Shown here in pieces: positions 10,171 to 18,997 of a DNA stretch of 64,000 nt. The DNA comes from Chitinophagales bacterium. GTDB lineage: Bacteria > Bacteroidota > Bacteroidia > Chitinophagales > Chitinophagaceae. Position numbers and translations under genes: made by a program. The stretch spans positions 9,949 through 73,948 of the forward strand of contig JBBSRB010000001.1 of the NCBI GenBank assembly GCA_038243445.1, given 5' to 3'. Position 1 is the stretch's first letter. Each line of letters opens with the position of its first letter. The notes under the pieces were generated by a model. The model was given only the letters and a program-made list of their open reading frames with translations. It was not told the origin of the DNA and made no database searches.

Positions 10171-11043
10171 ATGGCAGAGCAAAGACCAATTGCAGCAACA
10201 GGAACAACAACTTCGGCGAAGGCTACATCTGTTCAACCCAAAAAAAGCAGTAACCTTATTTCATGGCTTGCACCAATTGGTTGTATCCTGGCCGGTTATA
10301 TTGTGTGGCGTTATTTAATGGGTGCCGATTCGGGTTTTAAACAACCAGATCCCGCAGGTGGTTTCTGGCCGCACCACCTTGGTCCTAAAGACGCATTTCA
10401 TGCCATTTACGAAGGCGGAATTATTGTTCCCCTTCTGATTGGATTATTATTTATGGTAATTACTTTTTCTATTGAGCGCTTTTTAACCATAGGTAAAGCT
10501 CTTGGAAAAGGAAGCATCGCCGATTTTGTACGTAAAGTGCAATACCACCTTGCTAACCGTAACGTTGATGCAGCTTTAGCTGAGTGCGACAAGCAACGCG
10601 GTTCTGTAGCTAACGTAATGAAAGCCGGTTTGCGTCGTTACAAAGAAATGATTAATGTAACGGATTTAGATACAGAACAAAAGGTAATGTCTATTCAAAA
10701 AGAAGTAGAAGAAGCTACAGCTTTGGAATTACCGATGTTACAAAAAAACCTGGTGTTTCTTTCTACTATCGTTTCTCTGGGAACCCTTGTTGCCCTTTTA
10801 GGTACCGTGCTTGGTATGATCCGCTCGTTTGCAGCTCTTGGTGCAGAAGGTGGTGCAGGCGCGGCTTCTAACCTTGCAGTGGGTATTTCTGAAGCACTTT
10901 ATAACACCGCTTTAGGTATCGGTACATCGTCTTTGGCACTTGTTACGTACAACATGTTAACTACAAAAATCGACAGCATTACATACGGTATCGACGAGTC
11001 TGGTTTTACATTAACACAAAGTTTTGCTTCTACTTATAAATAA
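10171..11043 (+). CDS. exbB: MotA/TolQ/ExbB proton channel protein
   Basis: LGTLVALLGTVLGMIRSF and GISEALYNTALG; first gene of an exbB-exbD-exbD-tonB cluster. Confidence 0.9.
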   Translation: MAEQRPIAATGTTTSAKATSVQPKKSSNLISWLAPIGCILAGYIVWRYLMGADSGFKQPDPAGGFWPHHLGPKDAFHAIYEGGIIVPLLIGLLFMVITFSIERFLTIGKALGKGSIADFVRKVQYHLANRNVDAALAECDKQRGSVANVMKAGLRRYKEMINVTDLDTEQKVMSIQKEVEEATALELPMLQKNLVFLSTIVSLGTLVALLGTVLGMIRSFAALGAEGGAGAASNLAVGISEALYNTALGIGTSSLALVTYNMLTTKIDSITYGIDESGFTLTQSFASTYK

Positions 11044-11124
11044 GTAGCAGCTAACTTATGGAAAAAGCAAACTTGTGCATCTAAATACAAAATGATGCCT
11101 CTCAAAATAAAATTTGAATAGATT

Positions 11125-11799
11125 ATGCCAAGTGTTAAAATAGCTAAAAAAAGTTTAGATTACGACATGACTCCCTTTGTGGATATTGCGTTTTTGATTC
11201 TAACTTTTTTTATTATGGCTACCAAAATGAAGCCACCGGCACCAGTGGATATTACAACGCCCAATTCTGTTTCTACCGAAACACTTCCGGAAAACGATGC
11301 GTTGCTGGTGGAAATTGATAAAACCGGCAGAGTGTTTTTTTCTATGCTGGCCGAAGCAAAACCCGATGCAAAGCGGAACATTATTGTAAACCTGAATAAA
11401 ACCAGGAACCTGGGATTATCAGAGGCCGAAATGGACAATTTCGTAAAAATTCAGTCCATTGGTGTTCCGTTCAGCGCACTTAAAAGTTTGCTTTCGCAAC
11501 CGGCAGAAAAAGTAAATGCCGATGCCAGCAGTCTGCCCGGTATCCCGGTGAAAGATTCTGCTTCCAATGAACTTTATTATTGGATTAGAGATGCGGTAAG
11601 TGCATTTGCGGGCAGCCCCATTCAATACCTAATAAAAGGCGATAACGCGTCGAAGTATCCCGAGTTTAAAAGTGTTATCAATTCGTTTACCCGAAATGAA
11701 ATCTTTAAATTCAAGCTGGTTACCTCGCCCGAGGATGCTCCTATAGGTTCCGATTTGTATCGTTCGCGGCAGCCAGGCAGTGCGCCAACATCTGAATAA
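11125..11799 (+). CDS. exbD: ExbD/TolR biopolymer transport protein
   Basis: DMTPFVDIAFLILTFFIM transmembrane motif. Confidence 0.9.
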   Translation: MPSVKIAKKSLDYDMTPFVDIAFLILTFFIMATKMKPPAPVDITTPNSVSTETLPENDALLVEIDKTGRVFFSMLAEAKPDAKRNIIVNLNKTRNLGLSEAEMDNFVKIQSIGVPFSALKSLLSQPAEKVNADASSLPGIPVKDSASNELYYWIRDAVSAFAGSPIQYLIKGDNASKYPEFKSVINSFTRNEIFKFKLVTSPEDAPIGSDLYRSRQPGSAPTSE

Positions 11800-11825
11800 T
11801 TTTTTAAAAATATAAAAAAAACTGT

Positions 11826-12368
11826 ATGGCAAGTTTAGATAGCGGCGGCGATGACGGGCATAAAAAAGGGCCTGGTGTAAAGAAAGCGAAAAAGCTTTCT
11901 ACCCGCCTTGATATGACCCCAATGGTTGACCTTGGATTTTTGCTGATCACCTTCTTTATTTTTACCTCCACCATGAGCTCGCCGGCTGGCATGAAACTTC
12001 TGATGCCGAAAGACACAGAAAAGGTGGATGAACGAAATAAGGCAAAAGAATCGGGCGCCCTTACCATTATGTTGGGCAAAGCCGACCAGGTTTATTATTA
12101 CGAAGGTCAGCTTTCACCAACAGGCGACAACTTTAAATCAACCAACTTTAAGGGTATTCGCGAGGTCATCATTAATAAAAAACGCTCAACACCGCCCGAC
12201 GATTTGGTGATTGTAATTAAACCAAACGAAGAAGCAACGTATAAAAACACTGTGGACATTTTAGATGAAATGACCATCAACGAAATAAAACGTTTTGCGC
12301 TGGTTGATATTACACCCAACGAAAATGAGCCGCTTAAGAAAACCGAGCAGATGAACGGCATAAACTAA
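11826..12368 (+). CDS. exbD: ExbD/TolR biopolymer transport protein (second copy)
   Basis: DMTPMVDLGFLLITFFIF motif; VDILDEM C-terminal motif. Confidence 0.9.
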   Translation: MASLDSGGDDGHKKGPGVKKAKKLSTRLDMTPMVDLGFLLITFFIFTSTMSSPAGMKLLMPKDTEKVDERNKAKESGALTIMLGKADQVYYYEGQLSPTGDNFKSTNFKGIREVIINKKRSTPPDDLVIVIKPNEEATYKNTVDILDEMTINEIKRFALVDITPNENEPLKKTEQMNGIN

Positions 12369-12421
12369 GGGCGTTAAATTATGGAAAGAGGCTTTCAATA
12401 GCATCTAAATAAAAAAACAAA

Positions 12422-13249
12422 ATGGAAGCAAACAAAATTTTAAACACCGATTTTCTGGATTTGCTCTTTGAAAACCGGAACAAAGCGTACGGGGCTTACA
12501 ATTTAAGAAGAACCTACAATAGGCGTATGCTAACAGCTTTGGCTGTTACCTTAGGTGTAGCATTACTTATTTTCCTGAGTTCTTTTTTAAGTAGCTCCGA
12601 AGACGACGACGCTGCTAAGCTAAATGTAAAGGAAGTAGAGCTGATCAACGTAAAAGAAGAGCCACCCCCCGTGGAACCTCCGCCTCCGCCTCCGCCAAAG
12701 CAGGAGCCGCCGCCCAAGGTGGAAATGACTAAGTTTACCCCACCCGAAATTGTAAAAGACGAGCAGGTGAAAAAAGAAGACATTCCGCCTGAAGTAGAAA
12801 AACTGGAGGATACAAAAATTGACGTTATTAACCAGGAAGGAATAAAAAGCATGGATGTAGCAGTGCCAGTTGTGGATGAAGGTAAAGCCGTAGTGGTTGT
12901 AAAAGATGAAACGAACTACGACCAAACCTTTACGAAAGTGGAAGTAGAAGCCGAATTTCCTGGTGGAATGGGCGCCTGGAGAAAGTTTTTGGAACGTAAC
13001 CTTAGCGGTGACGCACCAACCAGCGCCGGAGCGCCTCCAGGATCTTATACTGTTGTGGTTCAGTTTATTGTAGATAAAGAAGGAAACGTTTCCGATGTGA
13101 AGGCGCTTACTAATCATGGCTACGACATGGAAGGAGAAGCCGTTCGGGTTGTTAAAAGAGGACCTAAATGGAAGCCTGCTATTCAAAACGGTCGCCAGGT
13201 AAAAGCTTACCGCAAACAACCGATAACATTTATGGTTACCGACCAATAG
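12422..13249 (+). CDS. tonB: Energy transducer TonB
   Basis: N-terminal anchor (DLLFENRNKAYGAY), Pro-rich linker, TonB C-terminal domain (VVQFIVDKEG...WKPAIQNGRQV). Confidence 0.92.
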   Translation: MEANKILNTDFLDLLFENRNKAYGAYNLRRTYNRRMLTALAVTLGVALLIFLSSFLSSSEDDDAAKLNVKEVELINVKEEPPPVEPPPPPPPKQEPPPKVEMTKFTPPEIVKDEQVKKEDIPPEVEKLEDTKIDVINQEGIKSMDVAVPVVDEGKAVVVVKDETNYDQTFTKVEVEAEFPGGMGAWRKFLERNLSGDAPTSAGAPPGSYTVVVQFIVDKEGNVSDVKALTNHGYDMEGEAVRVVKRGPKWKPAIQNGRQVKAYRKQPITFMVTDQ

Positions 13250-13270
13250 GAAATTATGATTATATTATAG

Positions 13271-13302
13271 AAATCCTCCGCCTTTCGCGGAGGATTTTTT
13301 TT
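13271..13302 (+). terminator. Intrinsic terminator after tonB
   Basis: AAATCCTCCGC-ctttc-GCGGAGGATTT followed by a T tract. Confidence 0.85.
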
Positions 13303-13317
13303 GCCCCCGGAGTACAC

Positions 13318-13325
13318 TAATTTTG
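13318..13325 (+). promoter_or_regulatory. Bacteroidota -7 promoter element for mnmE
   Basis: TAATTTTG ends 8 nt before the mnmE ATG. Confidence 0.45.
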
Positions 13326-13333
13326 ACCCTTAA

Positions 13334-14719
13334 ATGAACAATAAACTTTCTGGTTGGGATGATACAATAGTGGCTTTGTCTACGCCACCGGGCATTGGTG
13401 CCATAGGGGTTATACGGTTAAGTGGCGCGCAATCAATTCACATTATCAATCAGCTCTTTCCTTCCAAAAACTTAAACAGTCAACCTGCCAACACGCTGCA
13501 TGTTGGCCTTTTAGAACAGGATGGAATTATAATAGATGAAGTAGTAGTTTCACTTTACAAAGCGCCTCGTTCCTATACCGGCGAAAACGTGGTCGAAATT
13601 AGTTGCCACGGATCCCCATTTATTCATCAACAGGTAATTAATGCTTGTATAAAACAGGGTGCCCGATTGGCAAAAGCGGGCGAGTTTACACAAAGAGCCT
13701 TTTTAGCAGGAAAGCTTGATTTAACCCAGGCCGAGGCTGTAGCCGACCTGATTGCGAGTAATACCACTGCTGCACATAAAACTGCGCTAAACGCCATGCG
13801 GGGAGGCTTTTCTGAAGCTTTAAAACAGCTAAGGGAACAACTCATTACCTTTTCGGCTTTAATTGAATTGGAATTAGATTTTTCTGAAGAAGATGTGGCC
13901 TTTGCCGACCGTACGCAGTTGCAAAACCTGGTTCAGGTATCATCTTACGAAACGGGGCTGTTATTGCAGTCGTTCAGCCTTGGTAATGTGATAAAAAATG
14001 GAGTTAGTGTGGCCATAATAGGTAAGCCAAATGCAGGCAAGTCAACTTTGTTGAACGCGTTGCTAAACGAAGACCGTGCTATTGTAAGCGAAATACCAGG
14101 CACCACCAGGGATACTATTGAAGAAGTGATAAACATTGATGGTATATTGTTTCGGTTAATAGATACCGCTGGAATCAGGAGCCATACACCCGACAGTATA
14201 GAAAGTGCAGGCATTGAGCGGAGCCGCGAAAAAATGCGGCAATCTGATCTGGTGATTTATTTGTTTGATGTAGCTGAAATAAGTGCCGACGAACTGGCTG
14301 AAATTGCGGCAGAAGTAAGCCGCCTGCAAACCAATGTATTGCTGGTAGGAAACAAGACCGATGCTTTTAACGAGCAGGCAGCACGGGACAAGTTTTCAAC
14401 CATTAGCGAAATTTTATTTATTTCTGCAAAGAGTGGTTTACATCTGGAGGTGTTGCAGGCACGGATGGTAGACCAGGTGTTGCAAAAAGGAGTTAGCGCT
14501 GAAAACGTAATTGTTACCAACACGCGCCACTACCATTCACTGCAGCAAGTACACCAATCGTTAACAGACGTTGAAGAAGGCTTAAAAGAAGGTATAACCG
14601 GCGACTTGCTGGCGTTGGATATTCGCCGGTGCCTCCAGTACCTCGGCGAAATCACCGGCGAAATCACCAATGAAGATCAGCTTGATTATATTTTCAGCAA
14701 GTTCTGTATCGGAAAGTAG
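13334..14719 (+). CDS. mnmE: tRNA modification GTPase MnmE (TrmE)
   Basis: GKPNAGKSTL, GTTRD, DTAG, NKTD and terminal IFSKFCIGK. Confidence 0.98.
   Translation: MNNKLSGWDDTIVALSTPPGIGAIGVIRLSGAQSIHIINQLFPSKNLNSQPANTLHVGLLEQDGIIIDEVVVSLYKAPRSYTGENVVEISCHGSPFIHQQVINACIKQGARLAKAGEFTQRAFLAGKLDLTQAEAVADLIASNTTAAHKTALNAMRGGFSEALKQLREQLITFSALIELELDFSEEDVAFADRTQLQNLVQVSSYETGLLLQSFSLGNVIKNGVSVAIIGKPNAGKSTLLNALLNEDRAIVSEIPGTTRDTIEEVINIDGILFRLIDTAGIRSHTPDSIESAGIERSREKMRQSDLVIYLFDVAEISADELAEIAAEVSRLQTNVLLVGNKTDAFNEQAARDKFSTISEILFISAKSGLHLEVLQARMVDQVLQKGVSAENVIVTNTRHYHSLQQVHQSLTDVEEGLKEGITGDLLALDIRRCLQYLGEITGEITNEDQLDYIFSKFCIGK
14702..14719 (+). repeat. att-like direct repeat, left copy (mnmE 3' end)
   Basis: TTCTGTATCGGAAAGTAG (FCIGK*) matches 16436-16453 at 15/18. 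Confidence 0.8.
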
Positions 14720-14763
14720 AAGACACAAACTAAGCAAATAGCATTTACATAGTAAACCGTTTA

Positions 14764-14790
14764 AAAGCCTCTATTTTAGGGGCTTTATTA
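14764..14790 (+). terminator. Probable intrinsic terminator after mnmE
   Basis: AAAGCCTCT-atttt-AGGGGCTTT stem with one G-U pair, followed by AT-rich sequence. Confidence 0.5.
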
Positions 14791-14908
14791 TGTCCTTACC
14801 TATGGTTTGATTATCATTATTATTGGTTTATTTGGTACAAGTTTTTACCTTAGTTGTACCTCAAAAGGGTTTTAGGCTATCTGAAATCCTTTTAAGGCGA
14901 AGTGATTG

Positions 14909-14934
14909 CACTTAAAGACACTTATTTGCACTTA
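14909..14934 (+). repeat. Three CACTTA direct repeats at exact 10-bp spacing upstream of the HTH gene
   Basis: CACTTA at 14909, 14919 and 14929; copies 1 and 3 extend to TTGCACTTAA. Confidence 0.7.
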
Positions 14935-14954
14935 ACAACAATAAACGCTATCTA

Positions 14955-15305
14955 ATAAGTTCTAATATTAGAGTGAACAAAATTTGCCAGTATTGCGGAA
15001 AGGAGTTTGAAGCCAGAACCACCGTAACAAAAACCTGTTCTGATCATTGTGTTAAGATGCTATACAAGCAAAAACAAAGGAATTTGAAAGTTGAAGGGGC
15101 AAAAGCTGACACGGTAAGGATTAAAACAAAGCCCATTGAAGAACTGAAAGCAAAGGAGTTTTTAACCGTCCGTGAAGTGGCTGCATTGCTTAACTGTTCT
15201 ATTCGTTCTATTTATTACCACATTGAAACCGGAAATCTTAAAGCCGTAAACCTTGCCCAAAGAAAAACTTCTCCATCTTACGACGCTCCTAAAGGATATA
15301 TCTGA
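14955..15305 (+). pseudogene. Zn-finger + MerR-type HTH excisionase-like protein, probably inactive
   Basis: CQYC...CSDHC and FLTVREVAALLNCSIRSIYYHI. In-frame ATA-AGT-TCT-AAT (ISSNIRV) sits where an MSSNI start is expected, and the sequence diverges after LAQRKT. The ORF track starts it at GTG 14973. Confidence 0.65.
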
Positions 15306-15380
15306 AGCAGATAATAGATTAAGCTAAGGAAAGATTTTATTCTAAAATATTAATGGATTGGCAATTAATAAATTTTCTGT

Positions 15381-16130
15381 TTATTCAAAAATGATAGACT
15401 GAATTGCTGCTCCCCTTAATTCCTTTAATACTCCATCAAAATATTGAACCTTGACTTTAGAAACCTTTCCCCAATTAAAAACTTTAGTAAAAAATACTGT
15501 TTCAAAGTTATAGGAGCCACTTTCCATTGAGGCAATAGGACCAACCATTTGAACAGTTTTACTTGAGATTAGGTCATTAACCGGATTATAGATAGAAAGA
15601 GTTGCCCATACATATTTTATTGATGATTTACGAGTGTTAGTGATTGATGCAGTATAGCTAACAAAATCACCATCATAATAAAAGCGTGAAAAACTAAAAC
15701 CAAAACCATTTTTACTTATCGCATCAACGATCTTAGATTTTCTTAATTTTTCATTCTTTTCTTCAATTTGCTTGTCTTGTTCAATTAGTTCCAAGTATTT
15801 TACAGCAACGCTATAGCTATTGCCAGAGTTTGTCGTAAGGTTTTTCAGCCGCTCTTCTTGATCAGAGCTAAAATAAAGTGTATGCCTTTGGAGCCAACCG
15901 GAATCTTTATTGAAAACAACCTTAACCCAGTAATCTACTTTACCTATTGCGATAACCTTACTTCCATTTGGAACTGTAGTAATAATTTGGCTTTTTGGAA
16001 CATTGTAATCATTGAAAGCATGCGGTTGGGTCTGTGTGTAAAGTTTAGTTTGAAATAAAGTTTCTCCAACTGCAATTTGAGCATGTAGGGTAGTGTTAAA
16101 ACAAAATAAAATCAACAGTAGTCTGGACAT
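15381..16130 (-). CDS. Secreted protein: signal peptide, bacterial SH3-like domain, coiled linker, C-terminal beta-sandwich (FxLYD/DUF3426-like); island cargo
   Basis: TVPNGSKVIAIGKVDYWVKVVFNKDSGWL is an SH3b pattern. C-terminal YTASITN..IKYVWATLSIYNPVNDLI. AT-rich coding. Confidence 0.6.
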   Translation of the reverse strand: MSRLLLILFCFNTTLHAQIAVGETLFQTKLYTQTQPHAFNDYNVPKSQIITTVPNGSKVIAIGKVDYWVKVVFNKDSGWLQRHTLYFSSDQEERLKNLTTNSGNSYSVAVKYLELIEQDKQIEEKNEKLRKSKIVDAISKNGFGFSFSRFYYDGDFVSYTASITNTRKSSIKYVWATLSIYNPVNDLISSKTVQMVGPIASMESGSYNFETVFFTKVFNWGKVSKVKVQYFDGVLKELRGAAIQSIIFE

Positions 16131-16435
16131 AAAACAATTTCTCGATGAATGGGTTAAAGGCTAATGCCTTAAAGAGAGTCTAAGGCAGAATTGTTTAAAT
16201 ATTTTTTTTGCATGCACCTGAATAGATGTACATAGTACAAGTAAGAAAGCTATTTTTCATGTTAGCTTTGGTTATAATTTGACTATAAGTATAATAAAAA
16301 TGGGTTGCTTTTCAAATGTACACAAAAGTGAATTAAACCGACAGGATTTTACATATTTGTTCCTTATTTGTATCTAAAAATCACTTTTCATCTATAGAAC
16401 GCAATACGGGTAAGTGTTTCATACACTTTCCTATA

Positions 16436-16453
16436 TTCTGTATTGGAAAATAA
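16436..16453 (+). repeat. att-like direct repeat, right copy (displaced mnmE 3' end)
   Basis: TTCTGTATTGGAAAATAA also encodes FCIGK*; all 3 differences from the left copy are synonymous third positions. Confidence 0.8.
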
Positions 16454-16457
16454 CGAA

Positions 16458-16690
16458 ATGGACGTGAAGGTGATCAGCGGTATTTACATACTTAGTTTGT
16501 TTACACCTAATGGCGATCGTTTGAATGATGAATGGCGTATTGATGATCTGGAATCGGTTGTACGCTAGAGAGGGGCGGGTGTTTAACCGAGCCAACGGGT
16601 TGGTGTATCATGTTCAAAATAAAGCGGCCATTTGAGTTAGGAGATTAAAAGGAATAGCACAGCCTTCAGGTGTATTCATTTTACTAGGAA
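16458..16690 (+). pseudogene. Remnant of a T9SS type-B C-terminal (CHU_C, gliding motility-associated) domain
   Basis: FTPNGDRLNDEWRIDDLE (16458-16568); then in another frame VFNRANGLVYH...*...KGIAQPSGVF. Confidence 0.7.
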
Positions 16691-16771
16691 AGCTTCAAAA
16701 AAGGGTACCCTTTTTAAATGTTTTATTACCCTTACCAGGTAAATTATCTTTTTTAAAGGAAAGGCACAGCA

Positions 16772-18946
16772 GTGCACACATCGCCAATGGCCGGTAAAGG
16801 GGATGCCTTAATTTTACCGCAAAACGTCCTTTCAATAGCAACTTCGCCTAACATATTAGCGCATCCAATAGAATACCTGAAAGGCGTGGGCCCGCAGCGT
16901 GCCGACCTGTTGAAAAAAGAATTAGCCCTTTTTACATTTAACGATTTGCTGCACCATTTTCCTTACCGGCATATAGATAAAACAAGGCTTCTAAAAATCA
17001 TTGATTTAAATGCAGCCACCGAATTCGCGCAAATTCAAGGCACCCTTCAGTACAGCGAAGTAATGGGCGAAAAGGCTTCAAAAAGGCTAATTGCTTATAT
17101 AAAAGATAATACCGGAATGGTTGAATTAACCTGGTTTAAAGGCATTACTTGGGTAGAAAGGCTACTGCAGCAAGGCCAGCAGTACACAGTTTTTGGAAGA
17201 TTGAGTTTTTTTATGGGAAAGCCGCAAATGGTTCACCCGGAGATAGAGCTGGTAAGCGACCAAACTTCACCAACGAAAAGTAAGTTGGAACCTGTTTATG
17301 CAACTACCGAAAAACTAAAAGCGCGGGGACTGGGCGGGCGCCAGATAGGTAAACTGGTGGACAGTTTATTGCAACTCATTTCGCTAAAAGATCTGCCCGA
17401 AAACCTGCCCGGTTCAATAGTTTTAAAAGCAAAACTCCAAAACCGCTTTATTGCGTACAGCACTATTCATTTTCCAAAAAACACCGAAGAGCATTATGCC
17501 GCTGTCCGGCGGCTAAAGTTCGAAGAATTATTTATTTCCCAACTGCGGCTGGCCTTGGTACGGTCGGAGCGGCACAGGCTTTCAAAAGGGGTTGTTTTTA
17601 CTAAACTAGGACAATCGTTTACTTCTTTTTATAATAACAATTTGCCTTTTAGCCTTACCGGTGCGCAAAAAAAAGTGTTGAAAGAAATACGTGTAGATAC
17701 GGCCTCTGGCCACCAAATGAACAGGCTTTTGCAGGGCGATGTTGGAAGCGGAAAGACCATTGTAGCCCTTTTAGCCATGTTATTAGCCATTGATAACGGC
17801 TATCAGTGTTGCCTGATGGCGCCCACCGAAATTTTGGCGCAGCAACATTTAACTTCTATTACCGAACTTTTAAATGGTTTGCCTCTAACGGTGCGAAAGC
17901 TTAGCGGCTCTACCAAAACGGCAGAAAGAAAGCAGCTTTTAGCAGCCTTGAAAGAAGGCGCCGTGGACATAATAATTGGCACGCATGCCCTGATAGAAGA
18001 AGTGGTTCAGTTTAAAAACCTGGGACTTGCCATTGTAGATGAACAGCACCGCTTTGGCGTGGCGCAACGGGCGAGGCTTTGGAAAAAAGCAATCATTCCG
18101 CCTCATGTGTTGGTAATGACGGCAACGCCCATACCGCGTACGCTGGCGATGACTGCCTACGGCGATTTGGATTATAGCGTAATGGATGAATTGCCGCCCG
18201 GAAGGCTGCCCATAAAAACCGTTCACCGTTACGATACATACCGAACAAAAGTGATGGATTTTATTAAAGGTGAAATAAACCTTGGGCGGCAGATCTACAT
18301 TATTTTTCCACTGATAGAAGAAAGCTCAAAGCTTGATTACGAAAACCTGATGCAGGGTTACGAAAATGTAAAGGCTTTTTTCCCGGAACCTAAATATTGG
18401 ATTAGCATGGTACACGGCCGGCAAACGGCAGATGTAAAAGAAAATAATATGCAGCGCTTTGTAAAAGGCGACACGCAAATAATGGTAAGTACAACGGTAA
18501 TTGAGGTAGGTGTAAATGTGCCCAACGCATCGGTAATGGTTATTGAAAGCGCCGAAAAGTTTGGCTTATCTCAACTGCATCAGTTGCGGGGGCGCGTTGG
18601 CCGCGGATCGGAAAAAAGCTATTGTATATTAATGACGGCAACCAAACTCGGAAACGACGCGCGGGAACGGCTTAAGATTATGACTTCTACCAACGATGGT
18701 TTTGAAATTGCTGAAAAAGATTTGGAATTGCGCGGACCAGGCGATATTGAAGGCACCCGCCAAAGTGGTGCGCTTGCCCTTCATTTAGCCGACCTGGTAA
18801 AAGACAAAGCAATATTGGAAGCGGCAAAAGAGCATGCTGAAGAAATTATTGAAAAAGATCCAAACCTCCAATCCGAAGACAATTTGCCTTTAAAACACTT
18901 TCTCATCTCTTTAAAAGGCAAAACGCCGTGGAGCAAAATATCTTAA
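16772..18946 (+). CDS. recG: ATP-dependent DNA helicase RecG (true start may be slightly downstream)
   Basis: YLKGVGP, QGDVGSGKT, VDEQHRFGV, MTATPIPRT, QLHQLRGRVGRG, DLELRGPG. Confidence 0.97.
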   Translation: MHTSPMAGKGDALILPQNVLSIATSPNILAHPIEYLKGVGPQRADLLKKELALFTFNDLLHHFPYRHIDKTRLLKIIDLNAATEFAQIQGTLQYSEVMGEKASKRLIAYIKDNTGMVELTWFKGITWVERLLQQGQQYTVFGRLSFFMGKPQMVHPEIELVSDQTSPTKSKLEPVYATTEKLKARGLGGRQIGKLVDSLLQLISLKDLPENLPGSIVLKAKLQNRFIAYSTIHFPKNTEEHYAAVRRLKFEELFISQLRLALVRSERHRLSKGVVFTKLGQSFTSFYNNNLPFSLTGAQKKVLKEIRVDTASGHQMNRLLQGDVGSGKTIVALLAMLLAIDNGYQCCLMAPTEILAQQHLTSITELLNGLPLTVRKLSGSTKTAERKQLLAALKEGAVDIIIGTHALIEEVVQFKNLGLAIVDEQHRFGVAQRARLWKKAIIPPHVLVMTATPIPRTLAMTAYGDLDYSVMDELPPGRLPIKTVHRYDTYRTKVMDFIKGEINLGRQIYIIFPLIEESSKLDYENLMQGYENVKAFFPEPKYWISMVHGRQTADVKENNMQRFVKGDTQIMVSTTVIEVGVNVPNASVMVIESAEKFGLSQLHQLRGRVGRGSEKSYCILMTATKLGNDARERLKIMTSTNDGFEIAEKDLELRGPGDIEGTRQSGALALHLADLVKDKAILEAAKEHAEEIIEKDPNLQSEDNLPLKHFLISLKGKTPWSKIS

Positions 18947-18997
18947 CAAGGTTTTGCACAACAATTCTCGTTTAATTTAGTTAATTTCAAAATTAGA

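Larger units (their letters stand above)
14702..16453. mobile_element. Degenerate integrative element remnant inserted at the mnmE 3' end, no integrase
   Basis: Flanked by the duplicated mnmE terminus; AT-rich; carries a Zn-finger/HTH excisionase-like pseudogene and one cargo gene. Confidence 0.75.

Noticed and set aside
12660-12715. CCG/CCT repeats in tonB
   Set aside because: They encode the normal proline-rich TonB linker.
10171-13249. Duplicated exbD as unusual
   Set aside because: exbB-exbD-exbD-tonB is a standard Bacteroidota arrangement.
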